From Antedon mediterranea (taxonomy: Eukaryota > Animalia > Echinodermata): a stretch of DNA of 64,000 nt. How positions within the stretch are numbered: position 1 is the first letter of the stretch; every line of letters starts with the position of its first letter. Below are positions 41,551 through 52,580 of this stretch, piece by piece. The stretch covers positions 4,875,888-4,939,887 of the forward strand of contig NC_092676.1 in assembly GCF_964355755.1 (NCBI RefSeq), given 5' to 3'. The position numbers were made by a program, and so were the translations under genes. Under the pieces are notes generated by a model, which searched no databases, was not told the origin of the DNA, and worked only from the letters and a program-made list of their open reading frames with translations.

Positions 41551-43264
41551 TTAAATACGCATGGGAATTCGTATAGCAGGAGATTTTAAAGAGTAATGTA
41601 GGCGTTTTTTCGCGTGGAGTGTCATTTTGCATTAGGAGGCCTACAACATGTCTATATTAAAATATTTTTGTAGTTAATTTGAATGTTTCATCAACGGTTT
41701 ATCGTTTTTATGAAATACACAGTTACAATATGTAACGAAGATGATAGTGTATTGAACTTTATCTTTCAATTTGGAGTTTCACACATATTTTGGCAAATTG
41801 ATCTTAAGTTTATCTTATAAATGATTTTTGATAATGACTTAGGATTTTATTTAAAGTACGGCCAGCAGCAGAGGAGTATGTTTGGTCTCAAAAGCGTCCC
41901 CTTAATAGGTTCTACTATAATAACACTTGTTTTGTAACATAACAAAGGTATCTATTACCAGGAAGATGTAAAATTAATAATTAGGCATATTATTTTTTTA
42001 CATCTGAGATGTATTCTCCCTGATATTGCCACTCCAATTCGGTTTAAAGAGACAATTTAGTTGTAAGATAATATAATAATTTTATGTAGACCAACGTAAT
42101 AGCCCTAAATACGTAGCCTGTATTAAAACATACATTTCCCTTATGTTTTACAAGATGATGTGGTAGTGGTCAATATTAGTTTGGCCTGAATAACCCAAAG
42201 GAGGGGTTCACTGTCAATTAATTGAAATAATTTCTTTCTAGTAGTCAAGTTTAATCGCGGTATCATACATCAATCAACATCTTCATACACTACTGTACAT
42301 TACCATTGATCTCCTCGTTTTGAAATGATGATGATGAAAACGAACATTTTAATATTTATATAGTTCTTCAACTCCCCCCTCCCCCCCTGCCGTAGATTGT
42401 ACGGTGATGTATTATTTATAAATAATAGGTCTAATAATACTATGTCTTATCAATATGACCTATTTTATACTGTATTATTTCCGGTTCTCAAAGTACTGTA
42501 CACTTTATCTGTGCACTTGACAAGATGTGTGATAAAAGGCTTATAAGGGTCAAGGGTTGATGATATTGGTTGCCGCATTGCATTTACCGGTCCGAGATCT
42601 CCTTTCCCGCCAATTGACAATAATAATAATAATAATAAGATTTTTATAGCGCACATACCACTCCAGAGTGCTCAAGGCGCATTTAAAAATAAAAAAAGAA
42701 ATAAATCATACAAATTCCTGGCAAATAAAATGCAATTTCTTTGGAGGGTCCCCATCCGTTGTCATTCTGTCGCGGTCCCGGAGACAATTGCGTAAGCCTG
42801 TAATAAGCCTTCGGTTCTTTCACACGGTGGCAGTATTGCAAGTCCTGTAGACAAACTTGATCCAAAACAACAAAAACCACCTACGTTTAATTAGTACAGT
42901 TGGTAAAAAAGACCGAATACTAAAGCCAATTGTGATTTGATTTAATTATATTTCCTATTGTAACATACATATTGGTTCAGCGTTAAAAAGTAGAAAAACA
43001 TTGAAAAGTAATTACCTACACAGTGTACTATCATACGTCACCGTCACATGATATAAATAAGTTTTGTATTTTTATGTCGGCAGGGGGCGCTATATATCTA
43101 GGTTAGCGAGATTTTGATCTTCAGATTTCTCTCTCGGTTATCGAGCCGTTACCGAGAGGATAGATAACAATCGAACAAAACCGTCTTTTATTATTTCAGT
43201 CAAACTTTGTAGCTACTGCAATAACTGCAGTAGATTAGTTTTGACATTATTCATTTGTTTTCAG

Positions 43265-43413
43265 TCTGTTGTCCAAAAGTCTGGATTTAGAAGTTTAGAA
43301 AAGAACGAGGTGGTTGAGTACCGGTTTGGTTTTTCTGAGCAGGGACGGGAAGCTACTGTGGTTACTGGACCAGCTGGTGTTGATTGTAAAGGAAATAGGC
43401 CTAGATCTACAAG
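43265..43413 (+). CDS. LIN28: Lin28 exon: second half of cold-shock domain and linker
   Basis: ttttcag| SVVQKSGFRSLEKNEVVEYRFGFSEQGREATVVTGPAGVDCKGNRPRST(R) |gtaaac; GFRSL and VTGP motifs; phase-2 intron before the knuckles as in vertebrates. Confidence 0.93.
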
Positions 43414-43588
43414 GTAAACACGATAATCGATATGCTGGCAATGTTAAAACCTCGAGTTGTCTGTATCTTTAATATTAACCGAATTTATAACAAGCCTGCC
43501 CTCTATATTAGTATTTTATCTAAGTTTCTGCTGAGCGCTTGTTTTATTCATAGGCCTATTTATTTTATTTTACTCTCATTTATTCAAG

Positions 43589-43835
43589 GTGCTTTAACTG
43601 TGGAGAACATGGCCATTATGCAAAAGACTGTACTTCTCCCCCTTTACCAAAAAGGTGCCATTTCTGTAAATCTGAAGACCACTTAGTAGCAGCGTGTGAA
43701 GAAAAGAAAAAAGCAAGAGCTATTCAAGCAAAAACTGGCGGGAAAGGAAGTAAAAAAAAGTCAAATAATGAAGACAAGTCTGAAGAACACGCAGACAATA
43801 ACGTGGAAGTACCAGCGGCTGAAAACGATTCATAG
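43589..43835 (+). CDS. LIN28: Lin28 terminal coding exon: two CCHC zinc knuckles and basic/acidic tail
   Basis: CFNCGEHGHYAKDC TSPPLPKR CHFCKSEDHLVAAC (CX2CX4HX4C twice); stop TAG at 43833-43835. Confidence 0.93.
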
Positions 43836-44176
43836 AAAGTGTCGATTATTACCATCATCATCATTGTAAGATTGTAAATCATTCTTTACAATTTGAGAGT
43901 CGGAAGTGACGTCAGAGGTCAAATAATGTTCTTCCGGCACCAATGGATTTCGATAATGTTAACAAGCAGTCAGCCAAATTACACACACTTTTATAAACAA
44001 TATTAATACGCCTGTTCTCATTATAACGCATGGTGGTCATATTTGTAAATACAGTAGTAGCGTTTTGTGAAAGTATTTTGAATAATGAATGTTTGTGTTT
44101 TGTAATACGCCGTGGTACGAATCGTTCGATATCTAACCGATAAATGGTAAAGTTGCCTTAAATCAAGACGATTGAT

Positions 44177-44198
44177 AACTATAAACCGAAATACCTCA
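44177..44198 (+). promoter_or_regulatory. let-7 target site in Lin28 3'UTR
   Basis: AACTATAAACCGAAATACCTCA versus let-7 reverse complement AACTATACAACCTACTACCTCA. Confidence 0.75.
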
Positions 44199-45683
44199 TT
44201 GTAATGATATTAATAATTATTATCCTTATGATAATCGTTATTGAATTATTGTCGATATCTTATTTTTATTTATTTATTATGATTTTTAAGGTTTCATAAA
44301 TAAATTATCAATATATTGAATTGATCAAGAATCAATAACTATATATACTGTATATATGACCGTACTTTTTGAATACAGTAATACTTTCTTCACGTCGCCG
44401 GTCGCAACTCAGCAGAAACACACCCACCGACACTGGCGCTCCGTATAGTGTGCTCTGGAGTTACAGAGGATGTGAAAGAAATTTGCACATAGTGTCAAAG
44501 AGTCAAATTTGAGGGTACCGTAGGCCATGCCTACTAATGAGGCTTTATCTCTACTCTAAGGACGCACAGCAACAGATTGGATCCGCCGGCCGGTTGATTT
44601 TATCAATATATTTGTTTATAATTGGTAGGGCCTAAACCGACGCTGGCCTAAACAAAATTGTTAAATCTTTTTAAATATGTATTGCCAATATTACGCTGTG
44701 AATTTTTACCAACGATAAATGGTAGTGATCTGGCGACAATGTAATTTTAATAGAATTATTGATAAATTATGCAATAATTACTATCAATTACATTGATATA
44801 ATAAATAATAGATTTAGCATTGTTTTTGACCAATGTATTTAATTTATTATCAATGTTATTGACAATATTATTTACAAATTGAATTGTTAAATGTTCTAAG
44901 GTTGTAATGAAGGGGAGGGATTAGAATTCAAGAAGGTCGTGGTACGGTTAACTAGAAGTTCAGTTATTAAACCATCCGTGAGGATGATTTTTAACTGTAA
45001 ATAATCTCATTTCTTTATTTAAAATGAAAATTAGAAGACCATGTTTATTTATTTTGTAATCATTGCTAATTAAGACCGCATCATGTTGCCCACCAAAAAA
45101 ATGACATCAAAACTGGTAATAAAATGAATAAAGGTGCTATTCTTTTCAACAACAGCGCCACCATACTAGAGAAACAAAAGCAGTAGAGATCACAACAACA
45201 AACAACTAAATGTTACTAACTGTGTAGTAAATATTTTAGTTTAGGTTTGGTCATGGAGGTATAAATAATGTTATACCTCCATGGTTTGGTAGAACTGTTC
45301 TACCGAAGTTAGGCCTATGTATTGTGATCAGTCTGATCTACAATAACAATTGAAGACACAATATTGGCGATATTATTGTATTCAAATATTTAAATCTAAA
45401 GTTATATTAGACAACAATGCTAATAAGAACTTGCAGGCCTAACCGTAGGAGGCCTACATGTTTATCAACTGGAAAAAAGGCCTTGCATGTAAATGCAGTT
45501 TTACTGTTTGGCTTCTTCTACTTTGGTAACTTTTTCCAGTTTTAAAAACAATTTTATTAAAAACCGTGTTGGTTTCTAAATGTCAAATTAAGCAAGCATT
45601 TGTCATAATAATAATTTTTATTTTATATATATCTCTTTGAAATGAAAATATTATGTAATTATTAGGTATAATTTGAACCATTT

Positions 45684-45700
45684 AAGTACGAGCTCAGGGA
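45684..45700 (+). promoter_or_regulatory. miR-125/lin-4 target site in Lin28 3'UTR
   Basis: CTCAGGGA 8-mer at 45693-45700 plus AAGT complementary to miR-125 nt 15-18. Confidence 0.7.
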
Positions 45701-45735
45701 TTTGTTTGTAAGTGCATCGCTTTTGTCAGTCAAAA

Positions 45736-45746
45736 AATAAAATAAA
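45736..45746 (+). terminator. Candidate distal polyadenylation signal of Lin28
   Basis: Two overlapping AATAAA followed by T/GT-rich sequence. Confidence 0.5.
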
Positions 45747-46189
45747 GTTTTACTATTTGTAATTGTATCTTCAGGCCTTATTTATATAGGCCTCTTGTTA
45801 TTGTCCGATTTTTGTAATTATACATTTTGTTTGACGACATCTTGCAATTATTTTGTGATCAAAAATTGACTAACACATTTAGTAACTTTAGTTTTTAAAT
45901 AAATTATAATGTAATTGAGATCAGGAAAAAATTGACAAAATACTGTATATGAAAAGGCCTTTCTCCTAAGAGCATTAATCCTGGTATTATATATTCATCA
46001 ATTGATTGGCCAATTGCTGTAGTTGAGGCACTTTGGCAAATTGTTTCAATAAGTATTATGATTATGATAAATTTCATATTTATAGACATATTTTGGGATA
46101 ACTGGGCAATTCAAGTGATAGAGTATACTTCCAAGAGTTAAGTAAGACAAAAATCTGAATTTTAAAAAAAATTGAGTTAATAGTAATAG

Positions 46190-48711
46190 TACAGCGAAAT
46201 TTTTCGAAAAATGACGAAATTTCGACACTTTTATTTTCTGGCATAACTAGATGCTATGACTCTATCAGACGATAATAACGCAATATATGTGCATATATGG
46301 CAATATTATTGCATAATAATTGAATTATAAAACTTCGATACTTTGGCTATTTTTGAAAAAATCCGTGTACAGCGAAATTGTCGAAAAATGACTAAATTTC
46401 GACCCTTTTATTTTCTGGCATAACTAGTTAGTATGACTGTATAAGATGATGATAACAAAATATATATGTGCATATATTGCAATATTATTGCATAATTGAA
46501 TTTTAAAAAATGGCAAATTTTCCATCTTTTCATTTTTCGATAAAACTGGTTACTATAGCACAATTGACATGCGCAGAACCCATTAGTTGACTCTGCGCAT
46601 GTTTATTATGCAATAGTAACCATTTATGTCAAAACTGGTTACTATAGCACAATTGACATGCGTAGAACCCATTATTCGTCTCTGCGCATGTTTATTATGC
46701 TATAGTAACCATTTATGTCAAAACTGGTTACTATAGAACAATTGACATGCGCAGTACCCATTATTTGACTCTGCGCATGTTTATTATGCAATAGTAACCA
46801 CTCATGTAAAAAAAAAAAGGGTCGAAAATCGGCCTTTTTTCGAAATTTTTCCCTGTAGTATAGTACAAGGATTTTTTCAAAAAAATGGCCAATTTTCGAC
46901 CTTTTTATTTTTCGATAAAACTGGTTACTATAGCACAATTGACATGCGCAGAACCGATTAGTCGACTGTGCGCATGTTTATTATGCTATAGTAACCATTT
47001 ATGTCAAAACTGGTTACTATAGCACAATTGACATGCGCAGAACCCATTAGTCGACTCTGCGCATGTTTATTATGCTATAGTAACCATTTATGTAAAAAAA
47101 TAAAAGGGTCGAAAACAGGGATTTTTTTTTTAAAAATTGCCAATTTTCGAACTTTTTATTTTTCGATAAAACTGGTTACTATAGCACAATTGACATGCGC
47201 AGAACCCATTAGTCGACTCTGCGCATGTTTATTATGCTATAGTAACCATTTATGTAAACACTGGTTACTATAGCACAATTGACATGCGCAGAACCCATTA
47301 TTCGACTCTGCGCATGTTTATTATGCAATAGTAACCATTTATGTCAAAACTGGTTACTATAGCACAATTGACATGCGTAGAACACATTATTCGCTGCGCA
47401 TGTTTATTATGCTATAGTAACCATTTATGTCAAAACTGGTTACTATAGCACAATTAACATGCGCAGAACCCATTATTCATCTCTGCGCATGTTTATTATG
47501 CAATAGTAGCCATTTATGTCAAAAAATAAAAGGGTCGAAAATCGGCCATTTTTCGAAAATTTCCTTGTACTATAGTACACGGATTTTTTCCAAAAAATCG
47601 CCAATATTCCAGCTTTTCATTTTTCGATAAAACTGGTTACTATAGCACAATTGACATGCGCAGAACCCATTAGTCGACTCTGCGCATATTTATTATGCTA
47701 TAGTAACCATTTATGTCAAAACTGGTTACTATAGCACAATTGACATGCGCAGAACCCATTATTCGTCTCTGCGCATGTTTATTATGCAATAGTAACCACT
47801 CATGTCAAAAAATAAAAGGGTCGAAAACAGGGATTTTTTTTTTAAAAATGGCCAATTTTCGACCTTTTTATTTTTCGATAAAACTGGTTACTATAGCACA
47901 ATTGACATGCGCAGAACCCATTAGTCGACTCTGCGCATGTTTATTATGCTATAGTAACCATTTATGTAAAAACTGGTTACTATAGCACAATTGACATGCG
48001 CAGAACCCATTATTCGACTCTGCGCATGTTTATTATGCCATAGTAACCATTTATGTCAAAACTGGTTACTATAGCACAATTGACATGCGTAGAACACATT
48101 ATTCGTCTCTGCGCATGTTTATTATGCTATAGTAACCATTTATGTCAAAACTGGTTACTATAGCACAATTGACATGCGCAGAACCCATTATTCATCTCAT
48201 TATGCAATAGTAACCATTTATGTCAACAAATAAAAAGTTCGAAAATCGCCCATGACCAAATTTCAAACCTTTAATTTTCTGGCATAACTAGTTACTATGA
48301 CTCTATAAGACGATAATAACGCAATATATGTGCATATATGGCAATATTATTGCATAATAATTGAATTTAAGAAAGTCGATATTTTGGCTATTTTTGAAAA
48401 AATCCCTGTACTATAGTACAGGGAAATTTTCGAAAAATGACCAAATTTCGAATCTTTAATTTTCTGTCATAACTAGTTACTATGACTCTATAAGACGATA
48501 ATAACGCAATATATGTGCATATATGGCAATATTATTGCATAATAATTGAATTTTAAAAATTCGATACTTTTGCTATTTTTGAAAAAATCCGTGTACAGCA
48601 ACATTTTCGAAAAATGACTAAATTTCGACCCTTTTATTTTCTGGCATTACTAAGACTGTATAAGATGATGATAACACAATATATATGTGCATATATTGCA
48701 ATATTATTGCA
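46190..48711. repeat. Composite satellite: 15 x 89-bp hairpin units, palindromic spacers, ~712-bp higher-order period, flanked by ~177-185 bp direct-repeat units
   Basis: ctggttac unit starts at 46546, 46635, 46724, 46921, 47010, 47172, 47261, 47350, 47436, 47633, 47722, 47884, 47973, 48062, 48151. Confidence 0.95.
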
Positions 48712-48800
48712 TTATAAAAAATTGTTTATTTTATTTCATTTATATGTAATTTTTTACTTTCTATGGACCAGAGTTTCCGAAATAAAAGATTGAATAAAAT

Positions 48801-49014
48801 ACTGTCAAGCACGCAGTAAAAGCTGTTAGACGAGCAAAGGCATCATTTGAACGTGATCTGGCATTTAACATAACAAACAAACCAAATGCCTTTTATGCAT
48901 ATGCTAGGAGCCTAGAAAACAGTAAAATTCTAAATTCAACGCAGTTTATGTTACCGAAGACACCAACGAAATACCGATACCTGATAATGAGTTTGAGGGC
49001 TCACTGCTAGATAA

Positions 49015-49064
<50 letters not shown>

Positions 49065-50460
49065 ATAATAATAATAAGATTTATATAGCGCACATATCCA
49101 CAAAAATGTTCAAGGCGCTTGTGAAAAACCATGACCTAGAAATTAACATTGATGAAGTCGAATCCGCCATCAACCAACTCAACTCGAACTCATCACCAGG
49201 GCCGGACGGTGTTCATCCCCGGTTACTGAAGGAATGCATCAAACGTTTGTCTGTTCCTTTACATTATTATCTTTTGCAAATCTGTTAGTTCCGGTAGCTT
49301 ACCAAGGGAATGTAAAGACGCGAACGTCATACCCATTCAAAATAAACCCATCCAACTACAGGCCTATTTGTCTGATATCCGTTGTTGGCAAACTACTAGA
49401 GAGGATCATCAGAAGTGCCATGGTATCCCACCTCGAAAGAAACAACATCGTGAGTAAACATCAACATGGTTTCAGGCCAAATCGTTCTTGCTGCACACAA
49501 CTCTTTTGACTCATTTGATATGGTACCTCATGAATGACTGAAAGCTAAACTGAGAACAACGGGGATAAAAGGCAAAATCCTAAAGTGGACCTCCAACTTT
49601 CTTCATGATAGACGTCAGTGTGTCTCTGTTAAAGGGCAACTATCATGTTGGCTACCAGTGACTAGTGGAGTCATCCAAGGGTGAGTACTGGGTCCAGTAC
49701 TCTTCCTGATCTTTATAAATGACATTCTTGACTCAATCAACTCACACGGCAATGATGATGCAAACGTATATCGTCGCATACGTTCTGAAAATGACGCCCA
49801 AGTTCTTCAAAAAGACCTTGAAAAACTCAACACAGGGAGTAAACGCTGGCTTCTCCAGTTCAATGAGACAAAGTGTAATGTTGTACATATGAGGTCGCAA
49901 AATCCTAATCATACATATCATCGTGGTGACACTGAACTTGCATCTGTGACTGAGCAAAGTGATCTGAGTATAACTGTTACTACATATTTCAAATTCAAAA
50001 ACCCACGTAAACAAGATCGTCGCATAAGCTAATGGCAGAATTGCAATGATTAGGCGCACCTTCACTTACTTAGATACAGAGATGTTCATCCCGTTGTATA
50101 AAACGCTAATTCGTCCACTATTAGAGTACTGTGTACAAGTGTGGTCACCTAACCAAGTTGAACTCAAGAAGATTTTAGAAAGAGCACAAAACCGAGCAAC
50201 CAAACTTGTACCTGAACTTAGGGAGACGAGATAGAGGTGATCTCAATGTTCAAAATTATCCGTGGTATAGTGAACATTGAGGCAAATTCATTTTTCATTT
50301 TAAGGCAGAACCTCGGAAGTTATATAACCAGAGGACACTCACTTACACTATCTAAACCTAGATACAAAACCATCAGGAGAGATACCTATTTTGACGTCAG
50401 AGCAATCAACAAATGGAACTCACCACCATACATGTCATTAACTGCACAAACACAAATTCA
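48801..50460 (+). mobile_element. Degenerate CR1-clade LINE reverse transcriptase (frameshifts and stops)
   Basis: SPGPDGVHPRLLKE, NYRPICLISVVGKLLERII, QHGFRPNRSC, VTSGV.QG.VLGP.LFLIFIND, LYKTLIRPLLEYCVQVWSP, TRGH; interrupted by (tac)n and a LINE-tail insertion at 49012-49118. Confidence 0.92.
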
Positions 50461-50642
50461 TTAGACCACTCGGGTTTTATGTATTTTATTACGTTTGTGG
50501 GTAATGCATATGATTACAATATGAACATTAGAAATTTACTAAAACAATGTGTTCTAAATTTTCCGAAAATTAGTATAAATAATTTTAAAGTTCTCAAGTG
50601 AAAGCTTTTTTAATCAGCATATGTTTTTAAATATAAAAACTA

Positions 50643-50761
50643 AAGCTCCGTCTACACTATCAAACAACCTTGACAGAAGAAAAAATGTCCCTAAATATGG
50701 TAGTACTATACCCAAATATAATCATGTCAACACATTTAGACAAAGTTTGATAGACATAGCT
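50643..50761. mobile_element. PIF/Harbinger MITE copy
   Basis: agctccgtctacactatcaaac ... gtttgatagacatagct. Confidence 0.7.
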
Positions 50762-51296
50762 TTCTCACTGTACTGTAGAAGCTGGTATAATAATTTATTA
50801 AATCTGTATATGTGTATATACTTTACTATATTATAATCTTTATCATTTTAAATATTTTCTGTCATTCACCACTATTTTTGTTTTGCTTACAGAGCATAAA
50901 ATGCAGGTATCCAATCACCAACATGCTCAAGCCAGAATGACTCAAGAACATGGCCAGCAACTAGCTAGCCTAGATCATCATCAAATTACCCAGCTGGACA
51001 TCTCAGCTAGGTATTGTAATCAATTCATTTCAATATGTTTGTTTCTTTAAAGTTACAAAAATCCAAAAGCACCTCTACTGTTTCTATACAAAAACTGGAA
51101 TATCACCTTTTACCCATTTTGCACATAAGATCAATGCAAAAACTAGTGCTGTATGTGCTGTGCATAGCCCTAGGCATGTGTTCCACCAGTTGAAGAAGAC
51201 CGGGCCTAGTTAAGCTAATTTATTACACTACTCTAACCAGTGGAATTGTCTCCAGCGAAAAATAAAAGGAGAAAAAATAAAATCTGCTTGTTCCTT

Positions 51297-52100
51297 AACT
51301 AGAAAGCCACTCCGAGAGTGCATACCTCCGCCTACTGTAAAAATCTCCTACATAAGATTTCTCCGGGAAAAAATATATTTATATATAGGCCTATATATAT
51401 ATTTGTGTGTGTCTTAATGCTGTTTGTGATTTAGGCTAATTTCACTACAAGCATGTGTATGCGAGTTTGGTGTAATGGTTATGTAACAAGCCTTTCAATT
51501 AACAATAGCTTCAGTTGACAATAGAACAGCAACGCGAAAATCAAACGAGTGAATTTGAAAAGAAATAAGTTTTTTAAACTACTCGCATCAACAAAGGCGC
51601 ATATTAAATCAAATTATGTTTTAAAATTACAAATCACGAATTATAACTCTTGCCTCTTGTCCAAAAATGAGGTTTTTTGGACAAGTAGTTTTCGAGAAAA
51701 TGTAATTTCAGTTTACGTGTTACTTTAAAACTTCTCACAGGCTTTTGAAAATTGTCTCCTATCTTTTAACACTAGCCGGTCTGAAATTAATATCATTTTT
51801 GTTATTTGTGAAGTTATTAATAAACCAATGTTGTTGATTTTCAATAGGCATGGAGTGAAAGTATATACCTATCTACACCCACAAATTCAGAACGATAACT
51901 TGAAAACTGTAGACGCTATCGTGCTAACAAACAAACAAACAAACATACATACATACATACAAACAAAGTGAATACTTTACTTGGCAAAATTCTTTTTTGC
52001 CAAGTAACAAACAAAGTAAATACTATACTTTTTTGCCAAGTTTTTTTGCCAAGTAACAAACACACGCGACCGATTACATATACCTCCTTAGCGGAGGTAA
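51297..52100 (-). mobile_element. Helentron-associated (HINE-type) non-autonomous element
   Basis: Minus strand: ttacctccgctaaggaggt 5' end, (gttt/gtat)n microsatellite, ggcggaggt subterminal repeat, cactctcggagtg hairpin, ctagtt end; related 5' piece at ~16740-16852. Confidence 0.75.
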
Positions 52101-52580
52101 ACAACTGGTTATAGACAAGTAAAATGTGGCTTAGAAATAATATAATTGTTGTATTTGGTGTAACAAAAAACATTATGTACCATGTTGTACAATATTGACC
52201 ATAAAATGCTTTATTGAACGGTATAACACAGTTGCTTATTTATATTCTAACATGGCCTATAATCTAGCAATAACTATTTGCGTTCATCTCTGCCTATGTA
52301 AAATCACATCCGTACACTGTATTTATTTCAGTGCCCATGTTGCCGATACTCGATATTTTGATAACTTTTTGTGACGTCACCAATTATCGATTCTGAAAAT
52401 CAATAGGATGATTTGTTGTTATGAAACTATTTTGAAAAACAAACAAGTGTATACTTAGCAAATTGCTTTGCATCAATTTTGCCAACAAATTATTTGTTTA
52501 ATAGCGGTTAGGCATATTTAATGTAAAACAATATAACCCTAAATAAGGCGATATGTACCTACAGACAATGGAAATTCCTC

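Noticed and set aside
33391-43264. Intronic miRNA genes or nested ORFs in the 9.9-kb Lin28 intron
   Set aside because: No known mature miRNA sequence or convincing hairpin seen by eye; short ORFs lack motifs, and some lie in repeats
43432-43686. 84-aa ORF over the last Lin28 intron and exon
   Set aside because: Wrong frame; the zinc-knuckle frame is the one supported by splicing
44562-44569. miR-210 seed match ACGCACAG in the Lin28 3'UTR
   Set aside because: Single seed hit without 3' pairing; expected by chance when many miRNAs are considered
46672-47985. Repeated ORFs (MSKLVTIAQLTCAEP...)
   Set aside because: Chance translations of the 89-bp satellite; the unit length is not a multiple of 3
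46546-48230. CRISPR-like repeat/spacer array
   Set aside because: Eukaryotic context, no cas genes, and loops and spacers are near-identical variants rather than unique spacers
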